Assembly: GCA_951406725.2 (NCBI GenBank)
Contig: OX597825.1
Span: 5,952,001-6,016,000, forward strand
Reading direction: 5' to 3'
From: Octopus vulgaris
Taxonomy: Eukaryota
Length of the DNA stretch: 64,000 nt
The notes under the pieces: generated by a model
Databases searched by the model: none
Told to the model about the DNA's origin: nothing
Seen by the model: only the letters and a program-made list of their open reading frames with translations
Program-made: the position numbers and the translations under genes
In this document: piece by piece, positions 53,708 through 64,000 of the stretch
Numbering within the stretch: the first letter of the stretch is position 1
Layout of the letters: every line of letters begins with the position of its first letter

Positions 53708-54327
53708 GCACGCACACACACATTTATACTCACATACACGCGTCTGTTTTCTGGCTGTTTCTGTGTGGGTGTGTATTTCATACAAGCTTGTCTATCTGTC
53801 TGCGCGCGTCTGGCAATGGTGTTGTGTAGGTGTACATATGTGACTGTGTGTGTGTGTATGTGCGTGAGTGTGTGTGTGTGTGTGCGTGATTGTGTGTGTG
53901 TATGTATGTGTGTGTGTGTGTGTGTGTGTGGGTGTGTGCTTTTTTTTAAATGTTTGCATTCATGTGGCGGGAGATATCTTTATGAGGGCTTGTGTCTGTG
54001 TGTGTGTATGTGTGCGTGTTTCTGTGTCTGTCTATCTGTCTATATGTCTGTCTATTTGTGTGTATGTGTGCGTGTGTGTGTGTGTGTGTGTGCCTGTGTG
54101 TGCCTGTGTGTGGGTGTGTGTGTGCGTGTGTGTGTGTGTACAAGATGTGGATTTAGCAGCTAATGAGGATTCGTTTAGTCCCTCTGTTTGCGACGTCTCT
54201 CTCTCTCTCTCTCTCTTGCTCTCTTCCACCCTCTCTCTCTCCCTCTCTCTCTCCCTATCTCTCTCCCCCTCTTTCTATGTATACATGTGTGTGTATTTTA
54301 TACATATATATATATACATAGATATGC

Positions 54328-54376
<49 letters not shown>

Positions 54377-54409
54377 GATATATAGATATGCATATATACA
54401 CACACACAT

Positions 54410-54449
<40 letters not shown>

Positions 54450-54481
54450 TTATATACATACATATATATACATCTATATAT

Positions 54482-54698
54482 TCCTTTATTCTCTTATTTC
54501 ACTTGTTTCAGTCATTTGACTGTAGCCATGCTGGAGCACCGCCTTTTTAGTCGAAGAGATCGACCCCTGGACTTATTCTTTGTAAGCATGGTACTTATTC
54601 TATCGGTCACTTTTGCCGAACCACTAAGTTACCGGGACATAAACACACTAGCATCGGTTGTCATCGGTTGTCTAGCGAGGTGGGGTGACAAACACAAA

Positions 54699-54700
<2 letters not shown>
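54482..54700 (-). mobile_element. SINE family A tail
   Basis: Family match. Confidence 0.8.
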
Positions 54701-54754
<54 letters not shown>

Positions 54755-55250
54755 CACACACACACACACACACTCACGCAACAAAAGATGGAGTAGTGTT
54801 TCCACGCAGGAAAAGAAATATATAGGAAAATGTGTTGCTGAAAATGCACTTAAACTTCAAAAACTCGTAAATGTTAAAAATGCATTTATTTACACAATGT
54901 ACCAAACTAGCTTCAACAATATTTTTTGTTTATCAATGGTAAAAGTGTAAAACTAGAAAAACGTCGTTATAAATTTCAATGTTGACAAATCAAAATGTTT
55001 CAATGTTGTTAAATTAAGATGTTTCAATGTTGATAAATTATCATGTTCAAAACAGGTGTAAGTTTGCAATTAAAACTGTATATTGATTTGATAAAATGTA
55101 CAAGGTTGACCAGTCTGGGACGGAGGAGTAGCAGTTTTTCGTTCATTTTGGCAATTTCATGGCAATGTTTCTGCAGAAATGGTTTTTCCGGGTTTTAAGA
55201 ATTTATTGTGGAGAAGTCCACCAATACACCACCAAACAGTTACCATAACC

Positions 55251-55323
<73 letters not shown>

Positions 55324-55325
55324 AC

Positions 55326-55375
<50 letters not shown>

Positions 55376-56529
55376 GTTGCTTAGAATCTGATAACAGTTC
55401 ATTCTCCGTATTCTCTACTTCTGTTGATTTTGCTTTTGGCTTCTTAGTAGTTCCTGTCCTGGAAGGTGGTCAGCTGACAGAATCGCTAAAGTGTCGGACA
55501 AAATGCTTGACTTCATTTCACTTCTCTCTTTATGTTCTGAGATCGAATTTGCCCTTCATCTTGTCAAGGTTATATAAAATAACTACCAGCTGATCATTTG
55601 GGTCGATACAATCTTCACCCAATATTACTGCCCTGGTGCCAACATTTTAAACCATTATGCATTTTCTCTTGATTCGTCTTTCATAAATTCTTCTCACTCT
55701 TTCTCTCGTTACTTCAAGTTTTTTTTTCACTTCTTTGAATAACAAAGGTTGTTTAAATGGTAAAGTGAAAAGTGAATTTTGCGGGGTAAAACTTTACAGA
55801 AATGTAAAACGATAATATAAAGAGTGAATAAAATTTTAATTGCTACAAAAAATTTACAGAAACGGTGATCCAGCATGGCCACAGGTTTTGGGTTGAAACG
55901 TATAAAAGAATAAAAGAATAAACGCAAAACGAAAATGGTTTTGGTACAAGTCTAGCAATTTTAGAGGCGGTTAAGTCGACTACATCGACCCTCCAGTGCT
56001 CGATAAATATTTATTTTATCGATCTCGAAGAGATGAAAAAAAGGTTGACTCAGGTGGAATTTGAACGCAAAACGTAATGAAACGAAATACATGCCGATTC
56101 GCTAAAAGAGTTCTGCGAGCCTGCTGCCATGCTGAAAGAATTACAAGAAGCTAAATTACTTCTTGTAATTCTTGTAATTTGCTGTTCTGCTGCCTTCTTC
56201 TCCATGAAAGTGAAATGATTTGCCATTAGAACAATGTAGTTAAAAGTAGTTTCCTTCGCAAAAATGAGGAAAATATTTTCCTAGAATATGAAATTATTAA
56301 GGAACGACTGTTTTGCTAGAAAATTGGATTACAGAGAAACCAAGGTATTCAATAACGATAGCAAACGAAATAGTGGACAGAAGATAGCCAATAAAGCAAG
56401 GACCCCGATACTAAACTTCAGGTTAGTACCAAACCATGAACCTTTTGATACGGGGCTGCACAGGAAGAAAAAACTTTTTAATTTTCATTTCTATTTAATT
56501 GATTTTCGCTGTGTGTGTGCATAATGGGA

Positions 56530-56920
56530 AGCGCTCCGTCGGTTACGACGATGAGGGTTCCGGTTGATCCGAATCAACGGAACAGCCTGCTCGTGAAATT
56601 AACGTGCAAGTGGCTGAGCACTCCACAGACACGTGTACCCTTAACGTAGTTCTCGGGGATATTCAGCGTGACACAGAGAGTGACAAGGCCGGCCCTTTGA
56701 AATACAGGTACAACAGAAAACAGGAAGTAAGAGTGAGAGAAAGTTGTGGTGAAAGAGTACAGCAGGGATCACCGCCATCTCCTGCCGGAGCCTCGTGGAG
56801 CTTCGTGGAGCTTAGGTGTTTTCGCTCAATAAACACTCACAACGCCCGGTCTGGGAATCGAAACCACGATCCTATGACCGCGAGTCCGCTGCCCTAACCA
56901 CTGGGCCATTGCGCCTCCAC
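56530..56920 (-). mobile_element. SINE, family C head with CCGTCGGTTACGACGA-type tail, full length
   Basis: Head as in 8636-8910, tail as in 11345 and 61333. Confidence 0.88.
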
Positions 56921-56923
56921 TTG

Positions 56924-57080
<157 letters not shown>

Positions 57081-57265
57081 ACCTAAATGTGGCTAACCCT
57101 TAAGGGTCGATGCTACTGTAGCTTGTAGCCCCAGGAAGACATCTCCTCCAGCTGGCTATTGACACACTACCTGTGCCCTATCAGTATTTGCAAAGGGAAG
57201 CCATCCTTCCTATCTGCTAAAAACTGCTGTCCTTGTACCAAACACTTTGAACCCACTATTATTAA

Positions 57266-57716
57266 CCCTTCGTGGGCCGACGGGGCTGGAGTTACACAAA
57301 TGGTCATTGGGGTCCCCTTTTGTTTTTGCCTATTTCCGCACTATCCATAAAGTAGTGTTTCTAAAATAAATTTGATACTTTTTTATAGTTCTATAGACTA
57401 TACATATAGCACTAAATATAAGATTTTTAAAAAAAAGAAGAAAAAAGTATATCGATTCATACAAGTGCAAATACGAAGAAATGTGGGGGTTTTTCATCAG
57501 AATATCTGAAAAAAGAACAGAAAAAATAATTTCACCGAGGGCCAATGGGGCCCTGTTAGGCCCCAATGATCATATTTTATGCTATAACATCCATAAGACT
57601 GGAAGTTTTTAAGTCAAAATTTATATGTGCATACATAAACAATTGACAATAAAAATCGTGAGATATAAAATCATTTAAATAAGAAATGTAAAAGTTACAT
57701 AACTTTTAACGAAAGG
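57266..57716. mobile_element. piggyBac-like MITE
   Basis: TTAA-CCCTTCGT ... ACGAAAGG-TTAA: a TTAA TSD with short imperfect TIRs. Confidence 0.6.
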
Positions 57717-58379
57717 TTAAAAAGGAGACGAAATTACGTCCTCAGTTAAGTTTCTGCTCCCTAATAACGAGACATCTAATTCCTTTTCCAATTCTGACAA
57801 CTAATTTTTTTGTTAATATGTTCAAAATATAATTATAATACCAGTTTTAAATATTTTATTTCTTGGAATAAGTCATGACCTCTCTAAACAGCCGGTGTTT
57901 CCATTGTGCCTGCTTCTGAGCTCACAACGATTCAAGGGGCGCAACTACCAAGACTAAGAACAATTGCTACTAAGCTATATCTATGACACAACGTTCTTCC
58001 TCTCTAGTGTCTTACTGTAGAAAAATATTTATGATATGACGTATTTTAACTCTGCTGTCACGCAGTATACAGCAACACCTAAGATCTTACATACCTAGGT
58101 TTATATTACCTTTATTCTGAGAGTATTTAGAACGGGTATCTCTATTAGAGGCTCAAATTACACTGAGAAATTCCACTTCTAATGTGAAACTCTGCATGAA
58201 TGTCAAGGTTTTTTTTTTACGTAAAGCGTATAGAAGCTCTACGCAGCTTCAATACTCTCCTTACATCATTTCACTTGTGTTACGTCACTACTAGCAAAAT
58301 GGAAACCACCAACATTATGCAGCCCCAGGTTCCCCACTCTCTTTATATCTTTATCTATCTATCCATCTATCATCTATCC

Positions 58380-58417
<38 letters not shown>

Positions 58418-59052
58418 ATATCTGTCTGTCTATCTTTCTACCTTTTTGGGTTTTTTTACTTTCTATTTATATTTATATCTATATTTATCTAACTCTATAT
58501 CTTTTTATCTCTGCCTATCTCTACCTCTTTCTGTATACAAATGAATATGTGTGTGTATGTGTGTTTATTATATATGTATATATGTATGTATCTGTATATA
58601 TATATGAGTATGTATTTGTGTATCCGCATGTATATAAGTATATATGTGTGTGTATGTGTATGTGTGTAGATATATATGTGTGTGTATGTTTGTGTGTGTG
58701 TATATATATATGTATATATACATATACTTATATATGTATATATAAATATGTATATATATATATGTGTGTGTTTCGTTTGATATAAATATATATATATACA
58801 TATACTATATATATATATGTGTGTGTGTATATATGTGTATATATATATATATATGCATATATATACATATACTTATATAGGTATAAACTTATATATATAT
58901 AATATATATATATACTTATATATATATATACTTATATATATATACTTATATATATATATATACTTATATATACATATATACTTATAAATATATGTATATA
59001 TATATATATATACTTATATATATATGTATATATATATATACATATATATACT

Positions 59053-59080
<28 letters not shown>

Positions 59081-59083
<3 letters not shown>

Positions 59084-59421
59084 GTAAAGACCCCCTTCGG
59101 TCATGAGTGACCATGGGTTTGCACCTAGAGAGTTACCCTCTGAGGCACAAGTCTGGGCAAGGTTTTTTTTTTATGGAAGACCAGTAGCCGCCCATGCATA
59201 CCGGCCTCCCCTCTCCACGCCACCAGTGTTATCCAAGGGAAAGACAAAGGTCGATACAGCTTGGCACCTGGGACGTCGCAACTCATTTCTACAGCTGAGT
59301 GAACTGGAGCAACGTGAAATAAAGTGTCTTGCTCAAGAACACAACACGCAGCCCGGTCCGGGATTCGAGCTCACAACCTCACGATCGTAAGCTCGACGCT
59401 CTAACCACTGAGCCATGCGCC
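59081..59421 (-). mobile_element. SINE family D, full length, inserted in (TA)n
   Basis: tRNA-like head GGCGCATGGCTCAGTGGTTAGAGCG and tail ...GAAGGGGGTCTTTACCTT. Confidence 0.88.
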
Positions 59422-59460
59422 TATATATATATTTATATAATATATTAATATATATATATT

Positions 59461-59560
<100 letters not shown>

Positions 59561-60127
59561 TACATATGATGGATTCACCTGTCGTGAACGCTGTATGAGC
59601 GTTCAGTACCCAAAAGAAAAAAGTCCTGTTACTCTACAGCGTTCACAAAGAATTTGGTGTTTTAAGTCGAGTAAGTTTGTGCACAACCTGCCCCACTCCC
59701 TCCTCCTCCTGATCATGTTATCTGAACTCGTGCACAGTGTACCACGTGTCAGATACAAGAAGGGGCCTGAGGAAGAGAGGGTGCATAACTGAAACACACG
59801 GTTCCTCGTCTTATTTACCATTCCGGGCCACATCATGTAGGAAGTCCCCTTCGGCAGAGTCAGTCTAATTATACCAAGATACAGGCTTAAACGTATGAAT
59901 GTGTGTGGTGGGGCCGGAGAGAGTATACATACATACATACACTATATATAAGTGCGTGTGTGTGTGAGTGTGTACGCGTGCCCGTATGTGCGTGCCTGTA
60001 TGTGTGCGAGCGTGTGTAGTTCACAGATGAGACCCTGAGATTCTCCGTATAGAAGACGCTTGGTAGTGCTCAAAAGATACAAACTTAGACTCCGATGTCT
60101 TTACAGAGGATCATTCCACAAGAAATA

Positions 60128-60197
<70 letters not shown>

Positions 60198-60201
<4 letters not shown>

Positions 60202-60657
60202 TAAAAACGGTAAGATAACAAAAGAAAGAAAGAGACCTCAATATTATATAAATTGAGGAAATTTATCTGTAAAATAATATGTGACAATTATTCAATAGCC
60301 AAGATAAAACTCTGAGTTTCGGATGCCGATGTGGGAATCCACAACACCATACCCTCGGTTATCTGGCCATGTTGTGTCAATAAATATGTTAAAGTTTGGA
60401 ATCTAATGTACAGCACCAATAGAAACAGGAATCTGTTGCCTCACAATGAGGTGAATACTAATCACTGATTGTACTGAAACAAAAAGCAACTGCAATTCAT
60501 TTAAACCATAAACTGATTCATAAAAGTATGAAAGGAAACAGAAGCTTTAGAATCTGATAACCGAAGAGATGGTGTTGTGGATTTCCACCTCGGCATCCGA
60601 AACTCAGAGTTTTATCTCGGCTATTGAATAATTGTCTATTTATAATATTAATTCTAC

Positions 60658-60660
<3 letters not shown>
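60198..60660. mobile_element. (TA)n-flanked element with 81-bp inverted arms, each a hammerhead motif
   Basis: 60283-60363 vs 60556-60636. Confidence 0.8.
60556..60616 (+). ncRNA. Type I hammerhead, CCGAAGA core
   Basis: GATAA-CCGAAGA-GATG..GTGG-attt-CCAC..CATC-c-GAAA-CTC-a-GAG-T-T-TTATC. Confidence 0.65.
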
Positions 60661-60705
<45 letters not shown>

Positions 60706-60716
60706 AGAACAAAGTG

Positions 60717-60755
<39 letters not shown>

Positions 60756-60778
60756 AACGTGAAAAAAAGAGTAACAAA

Positions 60779-60827
<49 letters not shown>

Positions 60828-60914
60828 AAAACAAAGTGCACGTACGCCGTTATATATATGTATAAAATAAAATACAAATGGGTCAAGAACTATCCTATTT
60901 TGTATTTTATTTTA

Positions 60915-60972
<58 letters not shown>

Positions 60973-61054
60973 TGCGTGTGTGTGTGTGTGTGTGCGTGCG
61001 TGTGTGTGTGTGTGTATGTGTGTGTGTGTGTGTGTGTGTGTACACATGTATAGC

Positions 61055-61192
61055 GTTTCGCAAAAGTGACCGATAGAACATGTACTAAGCTTACAAACAA
61101 TAAGTCCTGGGGTCGATTTGTTCGACTAAAGGCGGTGCTCCAGCAGCATAGCCGCAGTCAAATGACTGAAACAAATAAAAGAATAAAAGAAT
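61055..61192 (+). mobile_element. SINE family A tail
   Basis: Family match. Confidence 0.8.
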
Positions 61193-61332
61193 ATATATAT
61201 ATAATGTACTTTTATCTCTGGTCAATATTAGACGTGAATTTTATGTGGTTCTACTGATTATCATCAGTGTAGAGGTTATGCGCCGTTGAAGCATGTTATA
61301 ACAGAAAATAAGTCATCCTTGCAGGTTTAAAG

Positions 61333-61650
61333 ACTCCGCCGGTTACGACGACGAGGGTCCCAGCTGATACGATCAACGGAACAGCTTGCTCGTGAAATTA
61401 ACGTGCAAATGGCTGAGCATTCCACAGACACGTGTACCCTTAACGTAGTTCTCGGGGATAATCAGCGTGACACAGAGAGTGACAAGGCTGACCCTTTGAA
61501 ATACAAGTACAACTCATTTTTGCCAGCTGAGTGGACTGGAGCAACGTGAAATAAAGTGTCTTGCTCAAGGACACAACGCGTCGCCGGGAATCGAACTCAC
61601 AACCTTACGATCATGAGCCGAATGCCCTAACCACTAAGCCACGCGCCCTC
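61333..61650 (-). mobile_element. SINE, family D-type head with CCG(T/C)CGGTTACGACGA-type tail; TSD CCTTGCAGGTT
   Basis: CCTTGCAGGTT flanks both sides (about 61317-61327 and 61654-61664). Confidence 0.85.
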
Positions 61651-63059
61651 ACTCCTTGCAGGTTAAACATGGCGTCATAACCAAGTATCGAGTGTCTTTT
61701 GCGTGGATACGCTGAAACAGCTATGCAGCAACAGAGCCAGTGCAATGAGAATTGACACCAAGATGCACCAAGAAGAGTGTATAACAAGAACACAGGAGCA
61801 TGAACAAAAGAAGGCCCATACTGTATTTTCTGGTATACAAATCGACTTGGTACGCAGTGTAAACGTTTTGAGTAAACATTCAAATGTCGTCACAATCTTT
61901 CCAAATTCTGTTGCATTTCACACGGTTTGTCTGGTCTTCCAAAGTCGTTTTGGTGTATAAGTTGACCCCTATTTTATTCTTTGGCTGTGGATTTTAGTCT
62001 GAAAAATTTGATTTGTATACCGGAAAATACGGTATCAAACAGTTAACATGTTACTAATGACTGCAAAGGTGCAAGTAGATTTGAGGAAAATTCCTGTGTC
62101 CTCGAGAGTTTGCCACGCCCTAACGTTAGGGCCTTATCTGACGAAAAAAGTTGCCTTTCAGATTGACGGTACTATGAGAAGGCAGCATGGAGTGAGCACA
62201 TGAAACGATGGAAGTGTGTGGTTGTTCCATTAAAAATAGGATATCCGACGGATAGTTAAAGAGCTGAAGGGCCTCACCTGCTCTGCGCTCGTTAGAATAT
62301 CTGTGAATGGCTTTCTTCTTAAGGCAAACTCTCGAGGACACAGGAATTACATGCTAATTAACCCATAGTTGGAGCCTTGACAAGGGCTACAACTCGGGGC
62401 CAGAGGAAACCTGAAACAATAGTGGCTAAGAGGTAGCTCCACCCTCCTCAAAACCCTGGAACTCCCGAATTGGGACCCCACTACTCCAATACTGAATGTA
62501 GCTTAAAGTCATGTCCAGGACAATGTATTAATATCTGACATAACAGGCAGTGGTCACGTACTTGGGATATACTTAACAGGTTCCAGTTCTCCTTCTCTAT
62601 GTCCTTTCACTGACAATGTAGTACCAGTCATGCACTGGAGACTGAGTTAACAAATTCGATTCCCACTATTCTCTATGTCTTCCTTATAATCATTGACTAA
62701 TATAAGACATAAGACTCGTGTACTGAGCTAGATTTAAAGGATCTTAACCTTTATTCTCTGGGGCCATTCTATGACCCTATACTACTAATCTATAAAATAT
62801 AATTAAACTTTTCACTTCGAAATAACTTGATTGCATCATCTATTATACTTTCCAAGGGTTTTTTTGCTGTTGTTGTATTTTTTTTTTTTAGTATATACAT
62901 TTTTTTTTCTCTCTCAGTTCTGGCAGATCAAATAACGTTTGTAAACACCTTCACCTGATGCAGGTAGTGCGCAGTTTCTTATACATTCAGCAGTAAATCA
63001 ACGACAGGTATTTATGACATTTCTGATGCAATTACCGCTGAAAATTTGTACAGCTAAAT

Positions 63060-63099
<40 letters not shown>

Positions 63100-63119
63100 G
63101 TATGAGTAAGCATGTGGGC

Positions 63120-63181
<62 letters not shown>

Positions 63182-63236
63182 ATGTGTGTGTGTGTGTATT
63201 ATTTATATAATTATATATTTATATATATATACATAT

Positions 63237-63267
<31 letters not shown>

Positions 63268-63522
63268 CAGATGTACATACCACAAGAAGAGAGTACTACT
63301 ACTACTACTAATAATAATAATAATAATAAAAACACGTTGTGTTTTTGCTTTCATTTCGTGAAAGTTTATTAGTTGCTGTTGTTGTTGTTGTGTGCATGCG
63401 TGTGTGCGCGCGCCTTTGTGCGTGTGTTTCTGTGTGCATATATATATGTGTGTGTGTATGCATGTATGTATGCGTGTGTATGTTTGTGTGTGTGTGCATA
63501 CATATATATATGCATGTGTGTA

Positions 63523-63557
<35 letters not shown>

Positions 63558-63817
63558 AGATTATTTGTTTTGTTTTACATGTCTCTGGTTGTTTGACAGC
63601 CATCCATGGCTTGTCGTGCCGAAAAGATGTCATTCTATCGTTTTCCACACACACACACACACACACACCACACACTTATTCTTGTTCAGGTCAAAAGGAT
63701 ATTCACCGTGTTTAATACCGCAAAAGTTTCACCGTTGATGTCGTTCTCTGTGCATTGCTGAAAAGAAAAAAGGAAGTGAAACAGCTTAAGACAGATATCC
63801 TAGTCTATTTAGTATAT

Positions 63818-64000
63818 ATTCTTTTCTACTCTCGGCACAAGGCCCGAAATTTTGGGGAAGGGCTCCAGTCGATTAGATTGACCCCAGTATGTAAATGGTA
63901 CTTAATTTATCGACCCCAGAAAGGATGAAAGGCAAAGTCGACCTCGGCTGAATTTGAACTCAGAACGTAAAGACAGGTGAAATGCCTGTGTTAACGGTTA
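63818..64000 (-). mobile_element. SINE family B variant, runs off the window
   Basis: Contains the ATCGACCCCAGAAAGGATGAAAGGCAAAGTCGACCTCGG core. Confidence 0.8.

Noticed and set aside
59340-59421. tRNA-like sequences (also 8840-8910, 34612-34680, 56845-56920, 61575-61650)
   Set aside because: They are SINE heads continuing into SINE bodies, without a proper acceptor stem. They are not tRNA genes.
59761-59808. CTGAGGA...GAAACACACGGTT motif
   Set aside because: Stems I and II pair poorly. At best a decayed ribozyme.

Overview
AT-rich, microsatellite-saturated, non-genic eukaryotic DNA. The SINE families and the density of (TA)n/(CA)n/(TACA)n/(GATA)n tracts resemble an Octopus (coleoid cephalopod) genome; this is an inference. 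I see no intact protein-coding gene: almost all ORF-track entries are microsatellite translations. The window holds dozens of tRNA-derived SINE copies, mariner/Tc1/maT, hAT, piggyBac-like and pogo-like DNA-transposon remnants, LINE remnants (R4/Dong-type RLE, RTE, CR1/L2-like, Penelope GIY-YIG) and a possible decayed LRR gene. The main signal is RNA-structural: about ten hammerhead-ribozyme motifs, mostly in short (TA)n-anchored, Penelope-like end elements. Three sequence-divergent copies (5746-5811, 20243-20304, 52458-52520) carry the three hammerhead strands in a NON-circular order (cleavage site, then GAAA, then CUGANGA), with compensatory changes in the helices. Other copies show a CCGANGA core or a G3-C8 swapped core. 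Several fold-back inverted duplications and perfect palindromes are centred on, or broken at, these ribozymes or (TA)n tracts. All folding was done by eye, and most repeat boundaries are approximate.
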